The notes: generated from the letters alone by a model not told the origin. Shown: positions 23,693 through 39,900, numbered from the whole stretch's first letter. The stretch: 63,217 bases of DNA, filler included, from Choristocarpus tenellus KU-1152 (GCA_964200185.2; 12 parts of 12 records of this genome joined end to end with filler, not necessarily neighbours in it), one strand, 5' to 3'. Translations and numbers: made by a program.

Positions 23693-26515
23693 CGAAATCC
23701 CGATCAGAGTCGTCTTCAGTATCGGGAATCTCTTCATCGTCGTTCAAAGTCATGGTCTCTCCCTCCCCCACGAAGTCCATAATGTGTTCGTCTGGCTCAA
23801 ACGTCACTTGGGCTGAGGTGTCATCAACTTGGCCTCTTGAGGAAGCCAGATGTGCCAACACAGTGATGTATAGCCATGATGAAACCCCGCTTGGTGTATG
23901 GGTGAAACTTTGAACCAGCTCCCCTCCGCTGCTTGTCCTGGTGAACATAGCACTCACTCCCCCCGAAAGCCTATCGTTATTGAAGGATTTACCTGTTACA
24001 CGCTTGCATAGTGTCTCTCCTCCCAGGTATTCATGTGGCATTCCTCCAGTTTTGAAGGCGACATCCGTGATAGCAAAGAACCAATACTCGTCGCCCAGCC
24101 CAGCCTTTACTAGTTGACTCCTCACTGCCCCCATGAGTTGCTTTATCACCCTTTCCGTGATCCCGTTGCTCTGTGACGTTTTTGGTGGAGATTTCTTCCA
24201 TCGGATATCATTGTTCGCCTACATGCTTTGGAACTTCACCGATCTCCCATGCTCGCCAGCACCTTCCCCACTGATGCATTGGACTAATATACCTTCCCTG
24301 GCCATCTAGTCGATTTAGGCAGCGGTTGCGTCTGTCGCTGCGTTTTTGGTTTTCAATCCAAGAACCCTCTTGTCTCGGCTGCTCTCATCGACAAACACCT
24401 GAAAATATTTGTGACTAGTGATATCAGGTTGAAAGGGTCCCGCCAAATCCATGCATTAACTTGCCAGGCTGCTTGGGGGTCCTGCCACCCCTTTGATAGC
24501 TTAGAGCCTCAGATAAGCTTTCCTTGCAAATCTTGCACCGCAATTCCAATGCCACAGTAGCATCGGTGATATATCCAACGGTCCACCTTTCTCAAGATGC
24601 TTGATTGCTGATGGGTTGATGTTGCCCAATATGTTGTGCCAGTCCCTCAGTGTCAGCTTCTGCTGTTGGTTGGCTCATGCAGCACTGGCTCTAGATTCTC
24701 ATCCCTTGTCAATTATGGTTCCTGTTCAATTTAAGAACCCCCCAGACTTTTGTAGGTTTATCTTGGCGAATTCTTGGAGGTCCTCAGATAACTTTCTCTT
24801 GTTCCTGGATCCATAAATTCTCTTCCATTGCGTCGTATACTTCATTGAAAGTATCTTAGAGGGTATGATTTTTGCCCTGTTTTTCCATTTGGTGCTTGGC
24901 TTCCCTTGGGGTTTTTATGACATTTTCCTACTCCAAAATGTTTCGGAGTAGATTAAACTGATACATCCTGAAAAGGCGTGTCCGGAGCAAGGATATTGAC
25001 ACTTTCTAACAAACACGATAGCCAAAATTACATCAAAATCGCAACATTGGATTTTGACCCCCAAATGGACACGGCTCTACCCTCTAAGATATTTTGACTC
25101 ACTTCCAGTACTCAATATGCGGCATGGTAAACGTGGCATCCATAGAACATCCTTCAGAACCACTCTTGTTGGCTTGCCGTTCTTGTCCCTCACCTTTAGA
25201 ACCATATCCCCAGTTTCCTTCGCGTCCAATTTGCGATTGTTACCGAAGCTACATGTTTGTTTGGTGACCCGAGTGCTTACAAGATCTTCACGATCAGGTG
25301 TACGATGTACGTTTGCTCCGAAGTCACACAATATCTCGACTTGTCTTCCACTGGAGGAGCTGAGCACCACACACTTTTGTTAACCTCCTCGTCTGCTGTC
25401 ACCTTGAAAGTGGAGAAGGAGCGCGCTTGGTTCCTGTCAACTCTGTTGCTGCTCCCACCAGGTGCAGGTGGCGGAAATGTTCTGGCAGGTGCCATCCCAG
25501 GCGGACGTGTTGCACGGATTTCCATTCAAATATGAGTAACACTTCTGCCATTGATGGTTCATCTTCAAGCAGTATGCACATTGGTTTGGTTTGGGGCCAG
25601 TTCCAGCTGATCCCCTGCTCTTCCAAGCATGGCCGTTCCTTACATTGCCATGCATTGTCAGCACCCCATCATGCCCCATCTTGGTCTGAGTGTAGGTAAG
25701 TTGTCGAAGAGATGATTGCCCGTTTGAGCTCCTCATATATCTGATGTCAGGGTGCACTATTAATTGCGCGAACACATGTGGCATGGCTTCCTTGATCCCA
25801 AGCAGTATAAATATGGCTGTTTCATGTTTTCGGATTTAGGCTCCTTGAGCTCCCCGAATTCCGAAAATAGTCGCTCGAGTCTAACGACAAAATCGGTGCT
25901 GTCCTGAGACGCCGCACACTGTAGTTCTCGGAGTCTCGTCTCCAAAGTGATGACCTGCATGGGGATCGCGTCGTCCACGCGTCCTCCATATACTCTTTTT
26001 AGTTCTATTCAGGATCCTCTGCCGTCCGGTTGACCCTCCTCGTTCTCGTATCTCGCAACGATGGCTAATGCTGACCCCTTCGTTGCTTGGATAAGGAGGA
26101 ACCATAACGCCTTGTTGTTCTTGATATGTGCGGCATGTGCCGTTCACACCGCCTCTCCCGATATGGTGGTGGGTGTTCCAGGAATCTCGTAATCCCTCAT
26201 CGCAATCTCGTACAAACCCTTTCCACCAGCGTGGCCTATCAAGGACAGTCTCCAAGTCGACCAGGTCTCCAATGACCTTCCTGTGGCCCCCGTCCAGACA
26301 GCAAGTTTCTTCAAGTCGGTCTCCATACTATTAAGGCTCATAACCTGTGCAAATTTACCTTGGAAGGAATTGCTATTTATCATTAGTGAAGACAAGAAGG
26401 TGTGGAGCCTCACACGACCCCTTTTGCTGAATGTGAAAAGAAAGGATGGATGAAATTAGAAGAGTGACCTTTCTTTGTGGGGGGTGTTCTATTGTTTGTT
26501 TATTATTATTTGCGT
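23693..26515 (-). mobile_element. Ty1/Copia LTR retrotransposon, 5' part (partial LTR, PBS, degenerate gag-protease-integrase)
   Basis: LTR end TTGCACA at 26346 is followed by PBS GGTTATGAGCC and the gag ATG at 26326. Motifs include the CCHC knuckle CAYCLKMNHQWQKC, protease-like ILCDFGANVH, pre-integrase WHNILG, and integrase DLAGPF...FVDE and QSNGITER...YWFFA. Multiple stops and frameshifts. Confidence 0.9.
24843..25100 (-). mobile_element. MITE family 1 inserted in Copia pol, 4-bp TSD ACTT
   Basis: Both TIRs are present, with ACTT at 24839-24842 and 25101-25104. Removing the element restores the pol frame ILSTGSIRRNGREF. Confidence 0.9.
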
Positions 26516-26572
26516 CAGAACAGTTTAACTATAATTCAGAACTCCATAAATAGTTCAGACCCCCTTTGCTGA

Positions 26573-26772
26573 GAGTGAAAGTATCTTAAGAGGGTACGAG
26601 TTTTTCCCTGTTTGTCCATTTGGGGCTTGGCTTCCCACGGGTTTTGTATGACATTTTACCAACTCCAAAATGTTTTGGAGTAGGAAAAATATATACCATA
26701 TGAAAAGGTGTGTCCGGAACAAGGATATTGACATCTCTTAACAAACACGATAGCCAAAATTACATCAAAATT
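26573..26772 (-). mobile_element. MITE family 1, truncated by contig end
   Basis: Begins GAGTGAAAGTATCTTAAGAGGG and matches the other copies. Confidence 0.85.
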
Positions 26773-26873
26773 NNNNNNNNNNNNNNNNNNNNNNNNNNNN
26801 NNNNNNNNNNNNNNNNTTAATTAATTAANNNNNNNNNNNNNNNNNNNNNNNNNNNNNNNNNNNNNNNNNNNNT

Positions 26874-28299
<1,426 letters not shown>

Positions 28300-31200
28300 G
28301 AATTTCATGGAGTGGGCGAGGGTTGGAGGGAGTTCTTTTATGAGCTCCCACTGTGACTGGGCAGTGTTTTTTTTGGGGGGGGCAGGGGGGACAGTTGGTT
28401 GTGAGCTTTGGTCTTGTTGATGGATGATGCTTGACTGTAGGTGGAATGCATTAGCAATATCCTCTCGTGGATTTCTGGTGACAGAACATTGTGTTTGGTT
28501 GTTATTGTGGGGATTTGAGATGGCTGGTAGGGTCAGAGGTGAGTTTGATCCTGAAAGTAGTACTGCAGGCGATGAGTGGAGGAAGGGGGCGCGGTTCTGA
28601 AAGAGAGAGGGAGTGACCGAATGAAACATTGAGCTAGTTGAGGATGCATGAGAGGTTTTGGGGCAGTGCTCTCCTCACTTGAGTTTCTTCTTTATTACAT
28701 TGGGTGTGTGGAGAGGGGTTAGGGCAGCAGAGCACGTCTTGAGCATTGTGGGTAGTGACCGGAGCTGCATTCCTATGTGCACTCTGTAGTGTCTTGGTGT
28801 TTTTTGTGCATGGTGGCATGTAGACAGGCACATAATTGGCGTCCATGCACTGATAGCATGGTGAGTTGCCAGCATGTCAAAAGACAGTTGCAGTCAGAAA
28901 CGGATGGACTACTCATTGATGAACACTTCCTTCCAGGAAGAGATCTTGTTCAGGGGAACAATCTTCTACTTGTTAGTTGGAGACTCTTACGAGAGGGATG
29001 CGTTTTGGACATTTAACGGCAAGGTGTCGATTACTTGGATTTTTTTTAAGGGGGAAAAGGACACTTACCCACACACATTTTGAAGTATTTGGAAAAGGGA
29101 ATATGGTGTGTCACTTATGGAGGTGCATACATCCATGTTTTATGTATTGTGATCCTCACAGCATGTTTTTGAAGCTCTTGAGCAAGGTTGAATCGATGAA
29201 CTTGAATGATGTTCCAGGCATATCATGCAAAGTAGGAGAAATAATTGCAGTATCGTAGAGGGAGCAGAAAATGTGCTTTTGAGATGGGATTAGTCCTACT
29301 TAAGTGTACGTTGGTGTTGCTTGTGTACCCTACCTCAATTGTCTTTGGTTAGTTTTTTAGGAAAGCTCGTCGATCCTTGACCTTGGTTGAAGTCTGGAGG
29401 CCTTCACCACTCTCCTGCATGTGATACAGAGTGATGCGTGTATGCTTGCACCCCCTTTATCCTCACCATATAGCTCTACTGCAATAGGCTGCTGGTCAGA
29501 GTGGCATGGACAGCTCAAGATTGGGGTGGTGGTAGAACACCTTGATACTTGATGACAGGTGACCTAGGTCTACGAGAAAAACAATTTAATTTTTTTTCTC
29601 CACAGAGTTGTGAATCATTCACCTATAATGCTTAGTTAGCCTTCATAAGTAGAACCTCCATATTAGTTTTTTTGTTGTGGCACCTCAAGCTTACAAAATG
29701 GGCAGTGACCAACACTATAAATCCCTAGTCGGAAAGCAACTGCCGGATCCAGTCTCAAGATTGGAGAAACAGGAGTAGGTAGGGATCATGCCCCCCTTTT
29801 TCCATATTGTATAGCAGTAGTAGGACAGTATTGCGTAAACAAGGCAAGCAGCAACCAATCGAACCCTCTATTAATACCTTGATCTGCAAGATTCCGTCTT
29901 TGAATATGATTAGTAGTAGTAGTAGTAGTAGTGAATAATAGGTAGTGGTTACTACCTTATTAGTTACAAGCTAAGGTGACTGGTGACGTTGCAGTGGGAA
30001 AAAATATGTACTGCGGTTGTGCTCTCCTGAAAGGAGGGTTATTGGTGCAAATCTATGCAGAGACAAACCTGCCACCTTCCTATGTGTGGCTAAGCCCAGG
30101 ACCAATGCCCCTTGGTAGTAACAGCAACGTACACACACCTCAACCTATATTGTTTTACCGTTCCCATCTCCAGTGCCATTACAGGGGTGAAAGTTAGATC
30201 AGTAAGGAATATTATGGTGTCAGCACTCCATTTTTTCCAACAGTTAGGTATATTCTACTCTGTGAACTCTAGCCTATTACGAAGTGTAGTCTTGTCCTAT
30301 CGTCACTTGCCCACATAGATTTTGACTGGTGGCCACACACACAAACTCGGCCTGACAGAGTTGTATATTCCGATTTCACGTATAGTGGCTAACATATCAG
30401 GAATGAAGTCCAGTCGCAGCAAGCAGGAGTAGTTTGTGTAGTGAGTCGTCAATTTGGAGTGGTAGGAATCATAGTGAGTGCTAGTCTAGAAGAAGGGTAC
30501 AGTATCCAGGTGTTGCGTAATTCTGTTTCTTAATAATCTTTTTGCTTTTTTTTCACTCCAGTCTGAGGACTATCCCAACCTGTAGTCAGAGGCACTACAC
30601 AACTTCTCTTGCAGCAACTACTACTATTACTACTTTACGTTCAAGCTTTGCTTCTCACACCTTGTATTCAGCAACCCCGTGCCTCACCACTCCATTTCCT
30701 CTCTCAAATCTTGCGCGGGTCCACCTTGACATAGACACTACTAGGCAATGAAGCCCCCCACCTCATTCTTGGTGTAGGTATTTTGTAGTAGTAGTGTAGC
30801 GACAGATGGAATAGTACAGGTGTAATACTGAGCAAGTAGACTGGGGATGATAGAGACCAGATTTCATTAACTCAAGTCTGATGTCGATGGGGTTGGAACT
30901 TCCAAAACTAGTCCCTAGAAGAGTAGTAGTGTCTAGTTAAAACTGAGTCACCAGGATACTCGAACGTTGTTTTGAGGTGATAAATTAATGACCACTCGAT
31001 CTGTTTTATGTAGTGTAATATATAGAAGCATTTCTTGTAAGTTGCAATACACAATCTGCTGTTGTTGTTGTGCTTGCAGTCCCTATTTGTATGTTCTTGC
31101 TTCCCCAGACACCATACGCATATGAAATGAACACCTATTGGGCCGACAGTCCCTGTCTATCCTGAGAGTTCAGGTATCGATGGACAAACGAGGGGTTGGG

Positions 31201-31664
31201 GGGGNNNNNNNNNNNNNNNNNNNNNNNNNNNNNNNNNNNNNNNNNNNNTTAATTAATTAANNNNNNNNNNNNNNNNNNNNNNNNNNNNNNNNNNNNNNNN
31301 NNNNGTGGTCGACGTGCGGTTGAGCGAGTCACAAACATAATGTTGAGCTTCAGCCCATAGGGAGTCAGTCTTAGTGGTGGTGACACGGGGAAAACGTAGT
31401 GGAGCTTAAAGGTGGGCAGCTAATAAAGCTTCATCAATAATACCCAGCATTCGCTCAGCAACCCCATTAAATTGAGGGCTGTAATATAATACTATATAGT
31501 ATTACTTTTACTTCACCATAATTGTTGTTGTTGTCCTTCCATGATATCAAAAAAGATAATTAGTTGGGTTGAGAGTTGTAGTAATACCAAAACGTACAAG
31601 CCCATATTGGCTAGGCTGGCTTTGTTACAGTAGTACCTTTTGTAAGATACTGGACCCCGCCTCT

Positions 31665-33770
31665 ATGATTCCCAGGTCGGTTTTTGGTGAGGTATCAATC
31701 GGTGCCACGTTCGCTCAGGTCAGGGGTTTGCGTATGAGCCTCTGCACCAATGTGGGCGAAACAGGTGGGGGTGCAATGACTCTTTTGCAGACTCGGGCCG
31801 AATCACGAAAGAAGCTGGAGTGGCGCCCTAGCGAGGCTCACCGAGTCTCGGCCACATCTCTACACCGCATGCAGGTGAAGTAGTCAAGCGTTGACTGACG
31901 GAGTCACATGACTGGTCTTATGTCAATGTTGAGTGTGACCATTTTTTGTTTATTGAGAGGTGACAACCAAAACCCTCCTCCAATTTTGTTGATACATATG
32001 GTTTATCGATGGGCTACCTTCCACCCTTCAATATAGGGTCGAAGCCCCAAACTCTTCTCTTCATGGAATATACTACGTAGGTCTTCTAGTTTCAGAACAT
32101 TTTGCAACAGCGATATTATAGCGGTCAACTGAAATTTTCAAAACCAACTAACACGAATAGTTCAAATACAATCAATCCGCAGGCGGGTTCTCCACACGGG
32201 GCAACATCATCGCTACGAAGGATAGAGGATGTCGCCTCTGATCATAAGTGAGCCCCCTCGCGATCTATGTGCCTTGCCCAATTGATTTCCATTAGTTCCT
32301 AATCGGGATGGTTACTAGACAGTGTTGCTCTTTGCAATGCGCGCGATCTGCTGCTTCACCACCCCCCCCTCCTCCTACAACGCCAACACGTGTCCACCGA
32401 TTTTGGACTAAGTCGATCCCCCCATTGGGAGCACTTCTTGCTTCAGATCCGTGGGAATGCAAGGTGTATCTGTTCAGGATGCAGGGTTACCTAAGGGTGG
32501 GGCTAGAAGCATGCTGTTGGACAACTGGTCCAAACGACCAGGAGCTGCTGCCATTCTTCTTGCAGCCCCGGGCGGATCTGCAGCTTCCGCAACTTGTGCG
32601 ACTCGCCTTCACCGAGAGCGACGAGAATTGGAGAGGTATGTCAACTGCTGGGTATGTTTATTGTAAGGGATAGTTAATACTGGATCGAGATAAGGAGTTC
32701 AGTCTTAGCGTTGGCGAGATGGAAGAAGCGAAGAAAAGATGATCGATAAGGATTCCTTTTGGTTTTGGTAGGCATTTATGAATCTGAATACTTCATTTTT
32801 TTCAGTCTTTGCTGAAGTTGATAGGGTCTACATTGTCGATTCGGTATCGACCTCATGGCTTCCATTCATTCGCCTCAAAAATCTGCAGAAAGGTTGACTT
32901 AAGCTATAGTACAGAGAAATATTCCAAGTAATACTGTCGAGCTTAAGCATAGTCTAATTCCTCATAGAAAATGTCAAGTTTTTGATATCCCCCCTTTCAA
33001 ACTTTGCATACCACAGGTATATTAGACTGAGTACTGCAATGTATCGATCGTATAGTGTTGAGAAAGGAGGCAACCAAAAATCCCCTTCTAATTTAATCAA
33101 ACCTCTTCCAAGACGTCTACCTTGCATAAAGAACAATCGATTTATTCCTTTATCTTGGGAAAACTGTTTGGTGAGGTCAATATAAGTCCTATTGAAGCTT
33201 CTGGTCTTTGAGTGCACAGCAGTGAAATAGTCTAAGTATTTTGCAAGTAATGACTAAGCAAGCTTCCCCTCCACTCCACAAAGACTCGATGAGTCAGGAG
33301 ATGCATTCCATGCGGCAGGGGATATAAATGTACAAGGAGTTGCGGGAACAGAGGGAGTGATCACGGATGAGACTATTGCTGGGGGTGGACCTCTCAAAGC
33401 CACAACCATCCCTATTCTGGCCCTGGCAGTGGTTGTGGCAGTCACGGGAGGCTTCTACATTCTGAACAACTTCCCATTTGTAGGGGGCTCGTCAAATGAA
33501 CATAGCAATCAAGGTACCAGCCAAGGTGGAGATGGAGGGCAACAGGGGACTTCAACAGGTGGGGCAATATTACCTGCAGCACCAAAGGGTACTAGCTCGA
33601 CCTTGTCAGTTCTAGTGTCGCCTGATTCCATGCACTCTTCAGGATTGGAGCATGCGCCTCAAGAGGCTTTGGGTGTGTTACCAGGGGCTGTGTGTCAAGA
33701 TGGCGTGGTAGAAGACCAGAAAATTCCGCTCTGGCAGCGGAGACTGAGCTCAAAGCCGACTGTACCTTGA
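31665..33770 (+). CDS. Hypothetical protein with one predicted transmembrane helix; about 4 exons, 5' end uncertain
   Basis: Phase-compatible exons ~31665-31874, 32183-32247, 32447-32635 and 33284-33770. The last exon carries the hydrophobic stretch IPILALAVVVAVTGGFYIL. No family recognised. Confidence 0.45.
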
Positions 33771-36727
33771 GTGTGTGCTGAATGTTATGTGACACTACAC
33801 AGAGATGATTCAAGCAACCAAAGAAGTAGGGCTACATGCTTATTCTACTAGTCACTTTGTCTTTCACGCTGTGAAGTGATTACCTGTAAGGGTTGACTGA
33901 GCAGGCATCGCTCTGCTAGCATTTTCTCATCAGTTTTGCAGGCACAGTAAGGAAGGACAAATCGACATCTCTTTGAGATTGATGTTTTACAAAACATATC
34001 TTGCTTTCAATTGTTTACTGACTCTTAACTTTTTGATAATTATACGAACAATACTCTGAGATATCTTCAGTTCATATTTCTGTTCCAAATATGGAAATAA
34101 GTTCAGTACTCCTGGAGGCTCCTTGGTATCTTTTTTTGTGTCCATGTGAAATAAAGAAAATCTGATTGAATTTGAAAATGACCAGGTCTTTGCAGGAAAC
34201 GTTCCTGATGATTTGTCTGAGTGAACAGTTCTTTGTTGGAGGTGTTTTCGATGAGCTGTGGATGGTTGCGGCTGCAATACCTCACGGGGTCTTTTCAGTT
34301 TTGTGAGAGAAGCACTGGAGACTATCAATCGATTGTCTGCATCCTTGACTTACTCGAGCATATGTGTCTTGTACCAACTCTTAGTTGTGTCTGATTCAGT
34401 TGTAAATCCCAGGGGATGTACAGGTGGGAAATAGGTCATGCTCTTGTACAGTTTTTGTTTTTGCTCATCCAAGGTTCATCAATGATTGGGTCCTTGGACT
34501 TGCTTTTGTGGCCAGATGACTCCATACCGTGATGTCTTGGCAATTGTAAGGTATGTTCTGAAGAGAGTGGTAAAAAACTCTTTTTGGTTGGAACACAGGC
34601 CATACCAATGTGTGTTGCACTCTGTGGAAGCTGTACAATTGTTCACTATGATGTTGGGTTAGAGATGTTGAAAAACAGTTCGCCTAAATGTTTAGATGTG
34701 TATATGTATATTGAGAATGACTATTTGATACAGAGTAGTCTCCTTTACTTAAGAGATGAGAGAGCTATGCTGGGCAAGAGGCCTGATGTATTGGAAATGT
34801 GAAACTATACCCCCCCGCCGCACCTCATTGGTCTTAGAAGTGCAACATATCCCTTCTGGACTGAGCACCAATACAACAGACAATGCTACGGAGCATCATG
34901 GCCTTCAACTTGCTCAAACCAAGCAATCCTCACGTCAACGAAGCTATATCTTGTCTTGGTACACCTGCTGCATGCTGCTCAGATTTATCATAAGCAGCAG
35001 TGCCACAAATTCTGGTTAGACTGCCTGCCCCCCTCCCCTCATAGCCCGCCAGCAGTATTGCTTAAGCCCTGCATATCAAAATTCCAACCCCTTAGGCCCT
35101 TTGTGCTGGGACTGATATAACTGTGTCTGCAAAGGTAAAGTGCTATATTGACAACGAACCAATGAGCCCTTTATTGTGTGTTGATGAGGCTGCCTCCACT
35201 CTGAGACCGTGTCATGATGTGAAGTGACAGCTTGGTGAAAATGTTTTGTAGATCAAGGGAGGCTTGTGTGCTCCTCTTACTCTTGCAGATGCATGTAATA
35301 GGCATGACTTCTCACAGTGTGGAATTTGTAGCTCTATGGTGCAGGTCAACCTGTACAAAAGTAGACAGCCAACAATCGTTGACTCCTGCTCAACGAACTG
35401 CAGAGTTATGTTGTTTTCAAGAGGAATGTCAGTCTAGGACATTGAAAACTCTTGTGGTGACCCTATGATGACTTGTAGGACAACACCTTGTCCTAGCCAT
35501 GATGTGTGTGTGTGGGGGNNNNNNNNNNNNNNNNNNNNNNNNNNNNNNNNNNNNNNNNNNNNTTAATTAATTAANNNNNNNNNNNNNNNNNNNNNNNNNN
35601 NNNNNNNNNNNNNNNNNNGCGGTTGGGCGGTAGGAACATTATGTGTCTGTATCGATGTCTCTACGGTTACCGATGTCCCCCCCCCCCTTCCCAAACAGTT
35701 TTACTTTGAGCTTGTTCTTTGTTTGTTCGGTTGCTCTATCCGTTGTTGGGTGCTTTTCTGTGCATGATGGCACTGAGATGTAGAGTTTGATGAGGTAAGT
35801 CGATGCAAGGCCCCCCCCTCCCTGGCTGTTGAGAAATGTGGAAGGGAGGTCTTTGACACGGCTGGGGAAACTAGAAAGAGCCGAAATGCGCTATGGTGGT
35901 TCAGCTATGTGCTCTTTTTTTTATTTCACTTGAGTCGCTTTGTGTCTACATTGGGTCTTTTTTTTTTCAGTTACTGATTTTCGAATTCGGTTCCATTATT
36001 GCACGATTGTGCCTTGCTATTTTTTATTATTATTTGGCGTTTTTTTGGCGGTGTGCTGCGTTAAGTAGACGAGTTTGCCTCAGAGGTCGAACTATGAGCT
36101 GATGTGAGTTTGGTAGCAATGCCTGCAAGCACTCTCAAGCAAGTAAGCACAGCAAATATCGTTTGAACAAGAGACTAGTTATATAGCTGAATGGGTTTGA
36201 ATGCTTGAATTTTTTTCTGTCTACACTGATTGAGTACTGTTCAGGTTGGATATGTTACCTTGGCAGGTTGGGGGTCTTGCTAGTAGTGGCCAGGGGGGCT
36301 TATAGAATTGAGGTTTTAGCCAGTGGTATGGTATGATGGTATGATATGTTTAGCCTATACTGTGAGTGATCTACCTCATGTTGTGATATGTGCTCACAGT
36401 GTTGTGATTCGAAATTAGTTAGTAGTATTATAAATTGTATCTGGTAAAAGGTTTCGGTGTACTTGATTATATTGTATTGATTATTATGTAGTTGATTATA
36501 AATCAGACCATACATGAACATGGTAAGGTGTCAGAAAGTGCACTGAGAGTTGCAGCACCCCCGGGGTCTGTAAGGCCCCACAACTGCCTGGTGAGGGGTG
36601 GGGCACTGCCAGAGGCCATTTTTTGTACTCTTTATTTCTATTTTTTTTTGTCAATACCGGACATAATTGCTGCCCTGTTGTGGTGACTGACAGACTTTTG
36701 TACCTATGGCAGTCCATTTGTGTGACA

Positions 36728-36926
36728 GACTCAAAGTATCTAGGGGGGGGGGGGGGGGGGGGGGTGGCGGCTGTCCATTTGGGGCCCATTTTTCCCTGTC
36801 ACGATTTTTGTGTGACTTGGTTGCATGCATCGGATGGAAAATGTAAGTCCACATTTCCTGGTCAGGTCCCAAATTGACACCCTGGTGTAGACCCCGCTCC
36901 CCCCCCCCTCCCTGATACTTTGAGCC
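36728..36926 (+). mobile_element. MITE family 2 (~180-200 bp, with poly-G/poly-C subterminal tracts)
   Basis: CTCAAAGTATC-poly-G...poly-C-GATACTTTGAG. Homologous to 42004-42184 and to fragments at 1-56, 12759-12782, 23493-23531, ~45560-45680 and 60206-60255. Confidence 0.8.
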
Positions 36927-39900
36927 ACAATTAAAGTCTTTCAGAGGAGGGTGAGTGGCTGGCTCTTCACCCTGGTACATTGACCTTGATTTTTGCTTTT
37001 GTTCTCTGGTGACTACTAGCCTGGAATGGTCGTCCTCCCTGCCCTCCTCTGAATCACTTGAAGCTGCGCTTTGAGGTAGCCCTGGAGGTGATTTCTTGGG
37101 TTGTTGATTTTTGAATAAAACTGATAATATTTGTCATCCAATTTGATGATCTTGGGTTAAGAAAGTTCCCATTTTTTAAACAGATTGAGCATACTCCCCC
37201 TTATATACACTCTGAAGAAGAGCCCACAACTCAGCAGGCTTCATTGTTGTCGACCGCTCCTTCAAGTGCCCTACTTTATGGTGGTCTGTGGTATGTAAGG
37301 TAATATCAGTCAGCCTCTTGGTTGTTTTCATCCCACCTCTCTGCCTTCCATGCCGCCACCCTCTCCAAGTGGGAGGGTGCATCCAGCAAGTGGGTCAACT
37401 TCATGATCATGGTCTAGGTTCTCACCCCTATCGTCCTCGAAGTGGGAAACCTCTGTGGGGACACTCATGGCTAGCTAGGTCATGGTTAGGTCATGGACTG
37501 ATCATGGAAGTGTTCAGCCAGCTTGCTTGAGCGGTCCATGCTCTCTGAAGTAGAACAAGAAAAAACCTGCGTAGTACGTCCCTTTGATTATTATTTTTTT
37601 ACTTTCTATTCAAATCATGACAACTGAATCACTGCAATTGGTCAACCTGATCATATTGACATGCCTAGCCCCCCCCCCCCCCACATGTAGTTGGGAACAA
37701 CATGTGACTTCTGAGGGAGGTAGCCGATTGACTCGCACTCTCCTTCAAGCCCGTTCTATCTATAATTTATCTATCCATCCCTGTGTACTCTCTCTCCCCT
37801 GACTTCTTTTTGTTACTCTCTGTTCCCCCTGGGTCATCTCAGGGATGGGCAACAAATGAGGGATCCGTTTCGTACTAACCGTGGGGTCTTCAAATTTGGG
37901 GCCATACTCAGGTATGTGGTGTGTAAGGGGGTGGGTGAGTGATTGAAATAGTGGAGAAGTGTTTGTGCAAGCGCGAAGTTGAAGTTAAAGTTGAAGTATG
38001 AAATGTGAGTGGCGAACTTGGTCTCGAGTATATAGCGGGGTTATTGTCTTGATGGAGTCTTTTGATGGATGCGGACACAACATACTGTACACCTACTCCT
38101 TGGCACGTCAGATGCTCGGTATGATAAATAACTCTTACTGGCGTTTACTTTTTTTGTGAAGTGTTGAGAAGAAAAAAAAAAGTTTGTAAATATTTCAATA
38201 GAATTGTGTGTGCAGTGTCTTTGTGTATGTGTTTGTGTCTGTGTGTCTGTGTGTCTGTGTGTCTGTGTGTCTGTGCTTTAGTTGGATTCTCAAGGGCACT
38301 GATCATAGTGCGTCCCAATTTATACCCACTAATACCACTACCATGGCATTACCCTAACCCTAGCCCTAACTTATTTTTTGCTTCCTCCCCTATTTTGCGC
38401 AACCCACTTGTAACACAGGAAAATCAACGACATTACAAAGGAAGGGGATGGTGATGATGTAAAGGAGGGTGAAACTAAGGGCTAGCCATTAGCCACACAC
38501 AGTAGTAGTCTTCCTTTGAGGAACAGGATAAATAGATGCTTGAAGGAGCACTACGTCATTGAAAATATTGAAGAGATATGTACCTTGTGGAATGGGCGGG
38601 TGGTGTGACACCTCTTGTTTGTTCCCATTGAGGTAGGTGTGCTGCGACCCTTTAGCACATTTATTGCTGTGTTTTCAGTGTGATTATGTCGGAACGCTGA
38701 GCCTGTGTCTCTACGAAGAGAAATATATATTTATGAGATGTGACATGTTGGCTAAGACAGAGAGCAGGTAGATGAGGTATTGAGGAGAAATCAAAGTGGT
38801 GAGTGAAGAGGGAGTGACTTCAACAGAATCGGACTTTCAAGCACGGAAGTTGAAGTGAGTGGATGTGTGGGGTGTATGAATGCTGGGTGGAAGAGATGGA
38901 AGTACCATCATCAACAAAAGATGTATCTTGTGTATGAGTAGCTGAGGTTAGTTGTGGGTGATGGAAAGTGGACTTGCTCAGTCTACACCACAGTGTTAAC
39001 TGCAGCAGTAGTAACAGATGAAAGCAAGTGTATTGTTGCACAGTATGTATGTATTTCATGTAGGCTAGGTTGGATTGACCTGCAGTATGTGGTGCCCTAT
39101 AACTGGAGCCGGGCTTGTTATCACAAAGATGGATCAGTGGTGCTGTGGAGGACAGGAGCATTAGACTATGTAGGGTGAAGTAATTTCCTTTGTTCCTATT
39201 ACATGTCTTACACAGTTCAGTCAAACTCTATACAGTAGGTGGAGTGAGGTTGGTTTGAGAATGTGTGGGTTGGCATTGAGAAAATTGGTTTCCAAGTTGA
39301 GCACTATCTGGTCAGTACTCATTGACTTGTGTATAGGAGATGTGTGTTTCTCCTTCACTGGTTGGTGTGAATTGTGTGTATGTATATATGTGCGTTTATG
39401 TGTGTATATAACCTCGCCTACTAAAATCGTGTGTTGATGTTAAATATTACTTGTAAACTATTTTTGTATTATGATTGCAGCTTGGAGTAGGTCTGTACTG
39501 TGGTATCCTGTTCTAGCTTTTGTCGTATGGTTGGGTGTTTTTTATGCTGCCACCTGTTTTGATGTACCCTCTTGTATGTGAGCTTTCTTTTCCCTTCTCT
39601 ATAGCAAGACGTTAGTGATGGAGAGACAGATGTGCGTTTATACATATGCATTCTTTCAATTCTTTTCATGATGCGGACCCATCTGCACTCTGTTCGGACA
39701 AGCAGATGACATGCTTCTGTTGCCAAGGCATAGAGTAGTAGTTACATAGACAAAAGGTGTGTACTATTCGTTTGCCTTCATGTTGCCATTCAATCAGAAT
39801 ACACCTTGGCAGTTTCATTCTTTTCTTCACATCTGATTCATTATGGAGACCATCCCATCCCATGGTTAGAGGCACTGCTCATTGCACCTCTTCTATATAT

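Noticed and set aside
38351-38370. Telomere-like CCCTAA repeats
   Set aside because: Only about three imperfect internal units.
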